Below, one piece after another: positions 37,556 through 48,066 of a stretch of DNA of 64,000 bases. This DNA is from Candidatus Omnitrophota bacterium (GTDB lineage: Bacteria > Omnitrophota > Gorgyraeia > Gygaellales > Profunditerraquicolaceae). The stretch is from NCBI GenBank assembly GCA_030693145.1, contig JAUYBI010000015.1:8619-72618 (forward strand). Reading direction: 5' to 3'. Position 1 is the first letter of the stretch. Every line of letters starts with the position of its first letter. Below the pieces are notes generated by a model. That model ran no database searches. It was not told the DNA's origin and was given only the letters and a program-made list of their open reading frames with translations. The position numbers and the translations under genes were made by a program.

Positions 37556-39955
37556 ATGCATTACGATTTTAAAAAGATCGAAGAAAAATGGCAGAAAAAA
37601 TGGCAAAAAACGCGGGCCTTCCGCGCGCAAGCCGACCCTAAGCGCAAAAAATACTATTTACTGGAAATGTTCCCCTATCCCAGCGGTAAAATCCATATGG
37701 GCCATGTGCGTAATTACACTATCGGCGATGTCGCCAGCCGTTTTAAAACCTTAGAAGGTTATAACGTAATGCACCCGATGGGCTTTGATGCCTTTGGCCA
37801 GCCGGCAGAGAATGCGGCAATAAAAAATAAAACTAAGCCCGCTGACTGGACGCGTAAATGTATCAAGGAGATGGAAACAGAATTAAAGAAGATGGGTTTT
37901 TCCTATGACTGGGAGAGGGAGGTTTCTACCTGCTCAAGCGATTATTATAAATGGAACCAGTGGATCTTCTTAAAAATGTTTCAACGCGGCCTGGCCTACA
38001 GAAAGGCTTCGCAAGTTAACTGGTGCCCAAGCTGCGCAACAACTTTAGCTAATGAAGAAGTAATCGAAGGTGAATGCTGGCGTTGCCATGCAAAAGTAGA
38101 GCAGAAGGAGTTGGAGCAATGGTATTTAAAGATTACCGAATATAAAGAAAGATTACTGGAGGATTTAAATCAGCTTAAAGATTGGCCGGGGCGGGTTGTG
38201 GCGATGCAGAATAACTGGATCGGCAAAAGCAGCGGCGTAGATATTTATTTTCGTTTGGAAAATAGTGATAAATTGATCTCTGTTTTTACTACCCGGGTAG
38301 ATACTATTTTTGGAGCAACTTACATTGTTCTGGCCCCGGAGCACCCTTTAGTTTTAGGTTTGATTAAAGGCAAGCCACAGGAAAATGAGGCTTTAGGGTT
38401 CATTAAAAAGGTTGCCAGTGAAAGTAAGGTAGTGCGCGCCGCATCCGATGTTAAAAAAGAAGGGGTTTTTACCGGAAGCTTTGCAATTAATCCGGTAAAT
38501 AATGAAAAGGTTCCGGTTTGGATTGCCGATTATGTTCTGATGGAGTATGGGACAGGTGCAATTATGGCTGTGCCCACCCATGACCAAAGGGATTTCCTGT
38601 TTGCTAAAGAACATAGTTTGCCAATGCGGACTGTAATCCGGAGGACGGAGGACGGAGGACAGAAGGCAGAGGATTTAACAGGGGCTTACGAAGGCGATGG
38701 TGTTCAGGTAAATTCCGGAGAATTTGATGGGTTAAGTAATCAGGAGGCAAAGACAAAGATTGCCCAATGGATGGAGGATAAAGGTATTGGTAAAATCCAG
38801 ACACATTTTCGCTTGCGTGATTGGCTGATTTCCCGGCAGCGTTATTGGGGCACTCCCATACCGATGATTTATTGTCCGGCTTGCGGCATCGTCCCGGTTC
38901 CGGATAAAGATTTGCCCGTAGAACTGCCTCCTGATGCGCCTTTTACCGGAGAAGGCGGAAGCCCTTTAAGTAAGGTTAAGAAATTTGTAGAAGTAAATTG
39001 TCCTAAGTGTAAAGTAAGGGCCAGGCGTGAAACTGATACAATGGCCACCTTCTTTGACTCCTCCTGGTATTTCTTAAGGTTCTGCTCGCCTAAATTTAAT
39101 GCTGCGCCATTTGATGTGCATGAAGCTAAATACTGGATGACTGTTGATCAGTATATCGGCGGTATTGAACACGCGATCCTGCATTTATTATATTCCCGCT
39201 TTTTTACTAAATTTTTCCAGGATTTAAAGATGATTGATTTTAGTGAGCCATTCGCTAAACTGCTTACTCAGGGGATGGTTTTAAAGGACGGCGAAGTTAT
39301 GTCCAAGTCCAGGGGTAATATTGTTGACCCGGATTCCATGATCAAAAATTATGGCGCGGATGCCCTGCGCTTGTTTATTTTGTTCGCCGCTCCGCCGGAG
39401 ACAGAGTTGGAGTGGGAGGAACGCGGGTTAGAAGGCGCATACAAATTTTTAAACCGGGTCTGGCGGATTCAGGAAAATTTAAAGGATAATGCAGATCCGC
39501 AGGTATTAAAAGCTTTACACAAGACAATAAAAAAAGTAGGTACGGATTTTAGTGAATTTAAGTTTAATACTGCCATTGCCAGCCTGATGGAGTTAACCAA
39601 TGTTATTTATCAGTCAGGCGCGGATAAACAGGTATTTTCCAGCCTGGTGATTATGCTCAGCCCGATTGTCCCGCATTTTGCCGAAGAGCTTTGGGGGATT
39701 TTAGGGAACAAAGAGAGCATTTTTAAAGCTGCCTGGCCCAAATATGACCTTAAATTACTGGTTGAAGAAAATGTGGAGTTAGTGATTCAGATTAATGGTA
39801 AAGTGCGCAGTAAAATCGAAGTGCCCCGCGGTATATCCGAAGATAAGCTTAAGGAATTAGTGCAGAAAGACGAGAAATTGATTCCTTGGCTGGAAGGCAA
39901 AACCCCGAAGAAATTCATCATTGTCCCGCAGAAGCTTGTTAATATTGTAATTTAA
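37556..39955 (+). CDS. leuS: Leucyl-tRNA synthetase
   Basis: MFPYPSGKIHMGH, GTGAIMAVP, DWLISRQRYWG, MSKS. Confidence 0.97.
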   Translation: MHYDFKKIEEKWQKKWQKTRAFRAQADPKRKKYYLLEMFPYPSGKIHMGHVRNYTIGDVASRFKTLEGYNVMHPMGFDAFGQPAENAAIKNKTKPADWTRKCIKEMETELKKMGFSYDWEREVSTCSSDYYKWNQWIFLKMFQRGLAYRKASQVNWCPSCATTLANEEVIEGECWRCHAKVEQKELEQWYLKITEYKERLLEDLNQLKDWPGRVVAMQNNWIGKSSGVDIYFRLENSDKLISVFTTRVDTIFGATYIVLAPEHPLVLGLIKGKPQENEALGFIKKVASESKVVRAASDVKKEGVFTGSFAINPVNNEKVPVWIADYVLMEYGTGAIMAVPTHDQRDFLFAKEHSLPMRTVIRRTEDGGQKAEDLTGAYEGDGVQVNSGEFDGLSNQEAKTKIAQWMEDKGIGKIQTHFRLRDWLISRQRYWGTPIPMIYCPACGIVPVPDKDLPVELPPDAPFTGEGGSPLSKVKKFVEVNCPKCKVRARRETDTMATFFDSSWYFLRFCSPKFNAAPFDVHEAKYWMTVDQYIGGIEHAILHLLYSRFFTKFFQDLKMIDFSEPFAKLLTQGMVLKDGEVMSKSRGNIVDPDSMIKNYGADALRLFILFAAPPETELEWEERGLEGAYKFLNRVWRIQENLKDNADPQVLKALHKTIKKVGTDFSEFKFNTAIASLMELTNVIYQSGADKQVFSSLVIMLSPIVPHFAEELWGILGNKESIFKAAWPKYDLKLLVEENVELVIQINGKVRSKIEVPRGISEDKLKELVQKDEKLIPWLEGKTPKKFIIVPQKLVNIVI
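38639..38673 (+). repeat. Heptamer tandem (CGGAGGA/CAGAGGA x5) in-frame in leuS
   Basis: Encodes RRTEDGGQKAED. Confidence 0.75.
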
Positions 39956-40032
39956 AACCCTAGAATAAAGGGACCGTTTCTATTTTTTAAAAGAAAAAAT
40001 AGAAACGGTCCCTTTATTCTGAAACGGTCCCT

Positions 40033-40407
40033 TTATTCTATATTCCCCAGAACGTCTTTAATGTCAAAAAGTAATCTTTGGTAATCAATGGGTTTTTCGA
40101 GATAGACGGTGATTCCGCTTTTAGCGGCAATATGTTTATCAATTTCTTCGTGTTTTAGGGAGGTGGCGATAATCGGGGTATCCGCAAATTCAGGCAGGGC
40201 CTTGATATCCTGGGCAACTTTAAACCCGCTTTCATCCGGCAGGACCAGATCCAGGAGCACGCAATCCGGTTTTTCCGCTTTTAGTTTTTCTATACCCTCT
40301 TTAGCGCTGTAGGCAATAACTACGGTATAACCTGCCCTAAGCAATTCTTCCTTACTCTTTTTGGCGATATTATAATCATCGTCAATCACCAGGATTTTCT
40401 TGGGCAT
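40033..40407 (-). CDS. Single-domain response regulator receiver
   Basis: ILVIDDD, LLDLVLPDESG, TS, KP. Confidence 0.9.
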   Translation of the reverse strand: MPKKILVIDDDYNIAKKSKEELLRAGYTVVIAYSAKEGIEKLKAEKPDCVLLDLVLPDESGFKVAQDIKALPEFADTPIIATSLKHEEIDKHIAAKSGITVYLEKPIDYQRLLFDIKDVLGNIE

Positions 40408-40665
40408 AAATTAAGTATACACTAAAACATCAGCGATTACAATTTGTTAGTGTCAAGAACCCTGCCGACTTTCAGTAGGGTGGGTTTAAACCCACCCTAC
40501 TGTTGTTAATAAACTCTACTTTCAACAGTAGGGGAGGTTTAAACCTCCCCTACTGTAATTGATAAAAGTCCGCAGGGCCTTTTTTGTCAGTTAGATTTAT
40601 TTTCTTTCTTCGTCTATTGAGGTGAGGGCATATTGAAAGCCAAAGTTAGTAAGGAGGGTTTAGCC

Positions 40666-40995
40666 ATGCTTAATTTTACACCTGAAGAAAGAAAAGTTAC
40701 TTTGTTTCTTTTGGGTTTAGCGCTTTGCGGCTTGATTTTAAATAACTTAATTAAGGTTAACTGCCGGATTGCCGGGGTGGTTTATCCACAAATGCAATTA
40801 GCCAGGTTAAATCTTAATAAAGTAAGCCTGACAGAGCTAATCGAGGCTAAGTGTGTTCCGGTGAAATTAGCCCAACGGATCATCGAATATCGGAATTTGC
40901 GCAAAGAGTTTGGCAGCTTAGAAGAGTTAAAAGAAGTCAAAGGTGTCGGTGACCAACGCTATGGGAAATTAAAAGAGTTATTCTTTGTGGAATGA
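40666..40995 (+). CDS. comEA: ComEA-like HhH DNA receptor
   Basis: TM, LNLN, LAQRIIEYR, LKEVKGVG. Confidence 0.8.
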   Translation: MLNFTPEERKVTLFLLGLALCGLILNNLIKVNCRIAGVVYPQMQLARLNLNKVSLTELIEAKCVPVKLAQRIIEYRNLRKEFGSLEELKEVKGVGDQRYGKLKELFFVE

Positions 40996-42404
40996 AAAGG
41001 CCGCTGGTAATCTTAGCCGTATTTTATGTCCTGGGAATTATTTTGGCGGGCTTAATCCGCCTGGATTTTTGGCTGGTTATGGGGGTGGCCATTGTAGTTT
41101 TTGCCTGCGTCAGCTTAGGGGTAAGAGAAAAACATTTATTTCTGGTTTCAGTATTATTTTTAGCGCTGCTTGCCGGAGGCCTGAACCTGAAAAATTCCCA
41201 TAGATTGCCCGGATGCCATATTCGTAATTTTGTTGCCCATAAAGATAACGCAGTTTATTGCCTGAATGGATTTATCGCTAGCCAGCCGGAATTCAAAAAT
41301 GATCATCTTTGGTTTATTTTACGGGCTCGCCAAATCCAAGCAGATAAACTAAGATATAAATGTTGCGGAGAGGTACTGGTTAAAATGGATTTTAAGCAAG
41401 CATTAAATTACGGGGAGAATTTAACGCTTATCGGTGGTTTAGGCCGGCCGCAAGTTTTCAGCCGCAGCCAGGGTTATCGGGATTTTCTGGCGCGTCAAGG
41501 TATTTATCTGATCATGCCGATTCAAAATCACCGTCAAATTATCCGGCAGGATAAATTCAGCGGCGGGCAATTAATCCGGGGTTGCCTTTGGCTGCGTTTT
41601 TATTTGGAACAAATTATTAGCCGGCACCTTCCGGCTTTGCCGGCGAGTATACTTTCGGCTATGGTTTTAGGCCAAAAGCAGGGTATTCCCTGGCTCGTCA
41701 GTAACTCTATGATTAAAGCCGGCACCGTGCATATTTTGGTAGTCAGCGGTTTTAACGTAGGTATCGTGGCTTTTGTAATTAACTTATTGCTTAAAATCCT
41801 GCGCCTTCCGCGTAAGGGGCGCATCATCCTGACAGCAATTTGCCTGCTTATTTATTGCTTAATTACCGGAGCAACTAACCCGGTTATTCGCGCTACGGTT
41901 ATGGGTTTAGTTTTTTTAGCGGCGTATCTTTTAAAAAGGGAAGCGGATATCTATAATTCTCTGGTGAGCGCGGCATTATTTATCCTGGTGATTAATCCCC
42001 GGCAGCTTTTCGATGTTGGTTTCCAGCTCTCTTTTATCAGTGTGCTGGCCATCGTATATTTCTATCCTAAGTTAAAAGCCCGGGTTCATTTGGAGTCCTG
42101 CAAAATAAAAATATTGAAATTTATCATTGAAGGCTGTTTAGTCTCGTTTTCTGCCTGGCTGGGTACGCTGGTAATTATTGCTTTGAATTTTCGCATTATT
42201 GCCCCGGTAACTGTTTTGGCTAATATTTTGATTGTTCCGTTGGCTACGCTTATTACTTTATGCGGGTTTATCCTGGTTTTATCCGGCCTGATTTATCCGG
42301 ATTTAGCCAATCTTTTTAGCCTGCCTACCATGGCGTTGATTACCCTGCTTTTAAATATAAATGCCTCCTTGATCAAGCTGCCTGGTGCTTATATTTATTT
42401 CTAA
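40992..42404 (+). CDS. comEC: ComEC/Rec2 DNA uptake channel (no beta-lactamase domain)
   Basis: GTVHILVVSGFNV, PVIRA, GFQLSF. Confidence 0.9.
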   Translation: MKRPLVILAVFYVLGIILAGLIRLDFWLVMGVAIVVFACVSLGVREKHLFLVSVLFLALLAGGLNLKNSHRLPGCHIRNFVAHKDNAVYCLNGFIASQPEFKNDHLWFILRARQIQADKLRYKCCGEVLVKMDFKQALNYGENLTLIGGLGRPQVFSRSQGYRDFLARQGIYLIMPIQNHRQIIRQDKFSGGQLIRGCLWLRFYLEQIISRHLPALPASILSAMVLGQKQGIPWLVSNSMIKAGTVHILVVSGFNVGIVAFVINLLLKILRLPRKGRIILTAICLLIYCLITGATNPVIRATVMGLVFLAAYLLKREADIYNSLVSAALFILVINPRQLFDVGFQLSFISVLAIVYFYPKLKARVHLESCKIKILKFIIEGCLVSFSAWLGTLVIIALNFRIIAPVTVLANILIVPLATLITLCGFILVLSGLIYPDLANLFSLPTMALITLLLNINASLIKLPGAYIYF

Positions 42405-42427
42405 GAGCTCTAATATAGTAGGGGAGG

Positions 42428-42520
42428 TTTAAACCTCCCCTACTATTAAAGGCTCGCTTTAAACCTCCCCTACTATTAAAGGCTCGCTTTAAACCTCCCC
42501 TACTATTAAAGGCTCGCTTT
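42428..42520 (+). repeat. 30-bp unit x3 (TTTAAACCTCCCCTACTATTAAAGGCTCGC), amplified REP right arm
   Basis: Exact tandem repeats without spacers. Confidence 0.9.
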
Positions 42521-42630
42521 AGAATATAGGGGACGGTTCTGTTTTTTAAATAAAAAAATAGAACCGTCCCCTATATTTGCTTGATTTTACCTTTGACAAA
42601 GCCGTCCGGCTATGGTAAATTCATAATATT

Positions 42631-43575
42631 ATGAAACGCATAATCTTAAGTTTGTTAATAATTTCTTTTTTCGCTATCCAACCGGCGCACGCTTACTGGA
42701 TTTGGACCCCTAAGAGCGGGAAATGGGTTAATCCCAAGAACCTGCCTAAGGATAATCCCAAGGAGCAGTTTGCATACGCCAAGTCTTATTTTGATAATAA
42801 TAAATACGAAGAGGCAAAGCGTGAATTCCGTAAACTGCTTAAGGCTTATCCTAAGTCAGCCGAGGCAGCGGAAAGCCAATATTATCTGGGCTTAGCCGAG
42901 GAACAGCAGAGTAAATTATATGAAGCATTTCAGGCTTATCAACTAGTTATCGATAAATACCCTTTTAGTGAGCGCATTCAGGAGATTATCGAGAAGGAAT
43001 ATAAAATTGCCGAGAAATTTATGGCCGGGGAAAAACGTAAAGCATTGGGTATAGATCTACCGGTGGAGAATCCGGCGATTGAGATATTCGGCAAGGTGGT
43101 TGAAAATTCTACCTACGGGCCCCTGGCCCCTAAAGCGCAGTATAAATTAGGCCTGGTTTTAAAAGGATTAATGCGTTATTACGAAGCAGAGGAGGAGTTT
43201 GGCAAGGTGGTTTCCCGTTACCCGGATAGTGAATGGTCAGCGGCAGCCAAATTCCAGATTGCTTCCTGCCGGGCAAGTCTATCCAAGGGTTTTGCTTATG
43301 ACCAGGGTTCAGCCCAGGAGGCTAAAGAGAAGTTCCAGGAGTTTGTCAAGGAGCATCCGGATGCCGTGCTTTCTTTGGATGCGGAAAAAAATATCGGCCA
43401 AATCCGGGAGAAAGAGGCAGAGGCAAGCTACAATACCGCACTTTTTTACGAAAAACAAAAAGCTTTTGATTCAGCCAAAATTTATTATAATAGTATAGTC
43501 AATGATTACGCGCAGAGCCCTTGGGCAGGGCAGGCCGCGGCCAGATTACAGCTAATGGAGGAGAAAAAGAAATGA
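42631..43575 (+). CDS. bamD: BamD/YfiO-like TPR protein
   Basis: Signal peptide, TPR repeats, YDQ...F...HPD, ALFYEK; synteny with lptE-holA. Confidence 0.75.
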   Translation: MKRIILSLLIISFFAIQPAHAYWIWTPKSGKWVNPKNLPKDNPKEQFAYAKSYFDNNKYEEAKREFRKLLKAYPKSAEAAESQYYLGLAEEQQSKLYEAFQAYQLVIDKYPFSERIQEIIEKEYKIAEKFMAGEKRKALGIDLPVENPAIEIFGKVVENSTYGPLAPKAQYKLGLVLKGLMRYYEAEEEFGKVVSRYPDSEWSAAAKFQIASCRASLSKGFAYDQGSAQEAKEKFQEFVKEHPDAVLSLDAEKNIGQIREKEAEASYNTALFYEKQKAFDSAKIYYNSIVNDYAQSPWAGQAAARLQLMEEKKK

Positions 43576-44204
43576 TAGAAGTCAGAAGTCAGAAGTCAGA
43601 AGCCAGAAAACAGAAAACAGAAAATCTTCTTTTCCGTCTTCCGTCTTCCGTCTTCCGTCTTCTGTCTTTTATCCTCTGTCTTCTGTTTTTAACAACCGGC
43701 TGTGGTTATACTACCCGCTCCATGATTTCCGGGAAATACAAAACAATTTACATCGCTCCTTTCCTGAATAAAGTGGACATAACCCAGGAAACCTATTCGG
43801 CTAATAAATACCGTATTTACCGGCCGATGCTGGAAACGGATATTACCAAAAAGGTAATTAACCGGTATCTTTTTGACGGTAATCTCAAGCCCGTAAAAGA
43901 GGCGGCTGCGGATTTAGTGTTGAAGGGGGAGCTGCTGGAGTACCGTAAGGATCCTTTAAGTTATGATAAAAATAATGAAAATGTTACTGAATACCGTATT
44001 AATATTTATGTAAATTTAAGCCTTTGGGATACCCAGGAGAATAAGTTGGTTTGGCAGGAGAATAACTTTAACGGCAATTATTCTTATTTTACCGATGATA
44101 ATGTTAACAGCGCTAGTGTCAAAGTGCCTGAGGCTACTGCGGTGAATAATGCTGTCGAGGATTTGGCCCGCCGCATCGTTGAACGTACAGTTGAGCAATG
44201 GTAA
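43572..44204 (+). CDS. lptE: LPS assembly lipoprotein LptE
   Basis: TGCGY lipobox, TIYIAPFLN, ADLVLKGEL, LARRIVE. Confidence 0.8.
   Translation: MIEVRSQKSEARKQKTENLLFRLPSSVFRLLSFILCLLFLTTGCGYTTRSMISGKYKTIYIAPFLNKVDITQETYSANKYRIYRPMLETDITKKVINRYLFDGNLKPVKEAAADLVLKGELLEYRKDPLSYDKNNENVTEYRINIYVNLSLWDTQENKLVWQENNFNGNYSYFTDDNVNSASVKVPEATAVNNAVEDLARRIVERTVEQW
43577..43688. repeat. Inverted heptamer arrays (AGAAGTC-like x7 then TCCGTCT-like x8) inside the lptE signal peptide
   Basis: Encodes EVRSQKSEARKQKTEN...FRLPSSVFRLLSFILCLL. Confidence 0.85.
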
Positions 44205-44205
44205 T

Positions 44206-44844
44206 ATGGTTTATCTACTTATCGGCCAGGATATCGCGGCCAAAGAAACTCAGCTTAAGAAAATAAAGCAGGAATCCCTTTCCCCAGAGCTGCAAGATTT
44301 TAATCTGGATACCTTATACGCCAAAGAAATAACCTTAAAAGATATCCAAGAGCGCCTTCTGGCCATTCCGCTAAAAAGCGCTAAAAGAGTGATGGTAATT
44401 AAAGACGCGGATTCTCTTAATGAAGAATCCCGCAATTTCCTCTTGAGCTATGCCAAAAAACCGCATAAACAATTAGTCCTGGTTTTAGATTTCGCACAAT
44501 ACGATTATAAGGATGAGTTTATCAAGGGTATCTGCGCGCATGCCAGCATCCTGCGTTTTAAGGAAATAGTTAACCCGGATACTTTTGCCCTGAATCGGCA
44601 GATTGAATTAAGAAAAACAGATTCTGCTTTGCGCCTATTGCAGCAACTGCTTAAAAACGGAGAGGCTCCGGAACGTATTCTGGGGGGCTTACGTTACGGC
44701 TGGGAGAAGCAGGATATTCAGAGCCCCGGTGCCCGAAGGAAGTTAAAACTTCTTTTGGGGGCTGACCTGGAAATGAAGACAGGCAGGCTAAAGCCTGCCT
44801 GTGCCTTGGAAAAATTAGTAGTAAGTTTATGCGGTTTTGCTTAA
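44206..44844 (+). CDS. holA: DNA polymerase III delta subunit (short form)
   Basis: MVYLLIGQD, DFNLDTLYA, P...KRVMVIKD, ADLEMKTG...ALEKLV. Confidence 0.8.
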   Translation: MVYLLIGQDIAAKETQLKKIKQESLSPELQDFNLDTLYAKEITLKDIQERLLAIPLKSAKRVMVIKDADSLNEESRNFLLSYAKKPHKQLVLVLDFAQYDYKDEFIKGICAHASILRFKEIVNPDTFALNRQIELRKTDSALRLLQQLLKNGEAPERILGGLRYGWEKQDIQSPGARRKLKLLLGADLEMKTGRLKPACALEKLVVSLCGFA

Positions 44845-45090
44845 GCGGCGCATCAGGCGCGATTTTCTGCGGTTAGCGGTAGCCGGGTGAATAATATTTT
44901 TTTTGGCGGCTTTATCCAGCTGGGAAAAAACCTTAGAAATGAAGGCCTTAGCTTCAACAGTGTTTTCTTTAGTAAGTAATTCCTGAAACTTCTTAATTGT
45001 TTTCTTAAGTTGTCCCTTTACCTTAAGATTGCGGGTATGTTTTCTCTTGTTTACGCGGTTACTTTTTAATGATGTTCTGCGTCTGGGCAT
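44827..45090 (-). CDS. rpsT: 30S ribosomal protein S20
   Basis: LDKAAKKNIIHPATANRRKSRL. Confidence 0.95.
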   Translation of the reverse strand: MPRRRTSLKSNRVNKRKHTRNLKVKGQLKKTIKKFQELLTKENTVEAKAFISKVFSQLDKAAKKNIIHPATANRRKSRLMRRLSKTA

Positions 45091-45219
45091 ATGTTCTCCT
45101 TAGTTAATTTTACAGTAACAATTTAGTTGTTGGGAACATTCGAGGAGTCCGTAGGGCAGGTTTAAACCTGCCCTACTACTACATTTTATGAAGTATATTA
45201 TTAGCATAATTAATTACCC

Positions 45220-46776
45220 ATGTCAATAAACAAATATATCCCGGATAGTCAAAATCAGGCGGTTGCCCGCTCGGCAACGATGATCAGCCTGGCTACCCTT
45301 GCTTCGCGCGTTCTCGGTTTTATCCGGGATGTAATTATTGCCCGCCTGTTCGGAGTTTATCTTTATGCCCAGGCTTTTGTTATTGCTTTTCGTATCCCTA
45401 ATCTTTTCCGCGATCTGGTAGGGGAAGGTGCTGCTAACGCGGCAATTATCCCGGTTTTAAGCGAATATAATCTTAAGCATTCTCGTCAAGAGTTTTGGGA
45501 GCTGGCCAATATTTTACTTAATCTTTTGGCGGTAATCTTAAGCGCGATAACTATATTGGGAATAATTTTTTCTCCTTTGATTGTGCGCCTGATCGCCCCG
45601 GGTTTTATCGGATCCGCGGATAAGCTGCAAGCGACGATTAATTTAAACCGGATTATCTTTCCCTATATCCTGCTGATCGGCCTGGCGGCTTATGCCACGG
45701 CGGTGCTTAATTCGCTGAAGAGTTTTGCTCTCTCCGCATTTGCGCCCTGTTTTTTAAATATTGCGATAATTGTTTGCGCCCTGCTTTTTGGAGAAGGCAC
45801 CATGGGGTTGGCCGCCGGGGTCTTGTTGGGAGGTATTTTACAGCTGGCAGTGCAGGTTCCCCTTTTATATAAAAAGGGATTGCGCCCGAAATTTATTTTG
45901 TGTTTCCGGCATCCTGGCATAGTACAAATCCAAAAATTAATGTTGCCGCGGCTGGCTAGCTCCAGTATTTACCAGTTAAATAATTTTGTGGATTCAATTT
46001 TTGGTTCATTAGCCGCCATTGTGGGAGAGGGGGGAGTCGCGGTGCTGTATTTTTCCTATCGGCTTATACAATTTCCCATCGGTATTTTTAGTAATGCTAT
46101 TGCGCAGGCAATTTTACCTACTTTCTCTACCCAGGTATTAGAGGAAAATCAGGAAAATCTTAAAAATACGCTTTCCTGGGGGTTACGCCTAGTTTTTTTT
46201 GTGATGTTGCCAACAACCGCGCTGTTTATGGTTTTAGCTGACCCGTTAGTTTTTGGCCTTTTTGGCGGAGGCAAATTTGATTTTAACTCCGCGCGCTTAA
46301 CGAGCAATGCCCTATTTTTCTATAGCATTGGCTTAACTGCTTACGGAGGCACCAAGATATTACAATCCTGTTTTTTCGCCCTTAAAGATACGGTTACCCC
46401 TACCAAAATAGCCGGTTTAGCCTTGTTGATGAATATTATTCTAAATGCGCTATTAATGTTTCCGCTTAAAATGGGAGGCTTGGCTTTGGCTACCTCAATT
46501 TCAGGGGTAATTTCTTTTTTATTTTTATTTTTTATCCTCCGCCGCCGCCTGGGTGGTTTTGGAGAACATAAAATATTAAAGTCATTCTCGCGTATTCTGG
46601 CTGCCGCTTTGTGCATGGCCGCGGTATGTTTTTTGGTGAATCGAGCGTTAAATTTTGGCTGGGCATTATTTTGTGCCGCATTAGCCTATATCTTTTTTTG
46701 TGTTCTTTTTAAGGTAGCAGAACTAAAAGAGCTCATGAATTGGTTTTTCCATAAAAATTTAAGGCAATCTTTATGA
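45220..46776 (+). CDS. murJ: Lipid II flippase MurJ
   Basis: SRVLGFIRD, AFRIPNLFR, GEGA, RLIQFPIG. Confidence 0.95.
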   Translation: MSINKYIPDSQNQAVARSATMISLATLASRVLGFIRDVIIARLFGVYLYAQAFVIAFRIPNLFRDLVGEGAANAAIIPVLSEYNLKHSRQEFWELANILLNLLAVILSAITILGIIFSPLIVRLIAPGFIGSADKLQATINLNRIIFPYILLIGLAAYATAVLNSLKSFALSAFAPCFLNIAIIVCALLFGEGTMGLAAGVLLGGILQLAVQVPLLYKKGLRPKFILCFRHPGIVQIQKLMLPRLASSSIYQLNNFVDSIFGSLAAIVGEGGVAVLYFSYRLIQFPIGIFSNAIAQAILPTFSTQVLEENQENLKNTLSWGLRLVFFVMLPTTALFMVLADPLVFGLFGGGKFDFNSARLTSNALFFYSIGLTAYGGTKILQSCFFALKDTVTPTKIAGLALLMNIILNALLMFPLKMGGLALATSISGVISFLFLFFILRRRLGGFGEHKILKSFSRILAAALCMAAVCFLVNRALNFGWALFCAALAYIFFCVLFKVAELKELMNWFFHKNLRQSL

Positions 46777-46824
46777 GTTATTAACAACAGTAGGGGAGGT
46801 TTAAACCTCCCCTACTGTAAGATT

Positions 46825-48066
46825 ATGGATTACTTGCAAACGATAAGGGAAAAAATTTTATCCGCCCCGGATTCTTGCGGTGTTTATTTAATGCGGGATT
46901 GTTTGGGCCGGGTACTTTATGTCGGTAAGGCCAAGGCGTTAAAGAAACGCTTGCTTAATTACCTGGGCCGGGATCTAGGCGGTAAAACTCAGAGCCTAAT
47001 GGCTAAAGTGGCAGATGTTGAGTTCAGGTTGGCTCCTAATGAGGCGATGGCTTTGTTGCTGGAGTTTAAGCTTATCCACGAGTTTAATCCCAAATACAAC
47101 ACCTCTCTTAAAGATGATAAAAGTTTTCCTTTTGTCAGGATCTCACCGGAGGAATTTCCTTCAATTCAAGTTACCCGTAAGAAAAATGATGCGTCCGGGC
47201 GATATCTAGGGCCCTACACTAACGCTAAACTTCTAAAAAACGCTCTTAAAATAATCCGTTTTGAGTTTGCCTACCGCACCTGCCGGCATTTTCCCAAGCA
47301 AAGTTGTATTTACCATAAGATTAACCTTTGTCCGGCGCCCTGCATTGGCAAGATCAGCCCTAAAGCCTACAAGCAGCGCATGGATAATATTATTCTAATT
47401 TTGGAGGGTAGGGGAGATTTATTGATACGCAAGCTGACTAAATCTATGCAGGATAAATCGAATGCCCAAGATTTTGAAGCGGCAGCCAGGATGCGTGATC
47501 AGATTATTATTTTGTCCGGAATGTCCGGCCAGCCAAATGATTCCAGCCGCAAAAATGAGTTGGAGCTCCTGGCGAGAAGCTTAAACTTAAAAAATTTGCC
47601 AACCAGGATTGAAGGATTTGATATTTCTAATCTTTCCGGTTCGCAGGCTGTGGGAGCAATGGTAAGTTTTTACAATGGCCAGCCGGAAAAAAATAACTAC
47701 CGTCGTTTTCGGATAAAAAGTTTTTCCCGGATTGATGATTATAAGATGCTTGCGGAAGTATTGCGCCGGCGTTATACCCGGCTGTTAAAAGAAAAGAAAG
47801 CCTTGCCGGATTTATTGCTGATTGACGGAGGCAAGGGGCATCTTTTAACCGCCCAGGCTGAGCTTAAAGCGTTAAATTTACATATTCCGCTGGTGAGTAT
47901 TGCCAAAGAAAAAGAGAATATTTATAGCAGCCAGCCCGGTAAACTGACGGTGGCTTTAGCCAAGGATGGGCCGGCTTTGAATTTAATCCGCCGCATCCGC
48001 GATGAGGCGCATAGGTTTGCCGTAGGCTACCACCGGCTCCTGCGCCAGGAGGATTTATTTAGATGA
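46825..48066 (+). CDS. uvrC: Excinuclease ABC subunit C (short, no C-terminal HhH)
   Basis: GVYLM...YVGKAK, PKYN..LKDDK, RIEGFDISN, LIDGGKG, RDEAHRFA. Confidence 0.92.
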   Translation: MDYLQTIREKILSAPDSCGVYLMRDCLGRVLYVGKAKALKKRLLNYLGRDLGGKTQSLMAKVADVEFRLAPNEAMALLLEFKLIHEFNPKYNTSLKDDKSFPFVRISPEEFPSIQVTRKKNDASGRYLGPYTNAKLLKNALKIIRFEFAYRTCRHFPKQSCIYHKINLCPAPCIGKISPKAYKQRMDNIILILEGRGDLLIRKLTKSMQDKSNAQDFEAAARMRDQIIILSGMSGQPNDSSRKNELELLARSLNLKNLPTRIEGFDISNLSGSQAVGAMVSFYNGQPEKNNYRRFRIKSFSRIDDYKMLAEVLRRRYTRLLKEKKALPDLLLIDGGKGHLLTAQAELKALNLHIPLVSIAKEKENIYSSQPGKLTVALAKDGPALNLIRRIRDEAHRFAVGYHRLLRQEDLFR

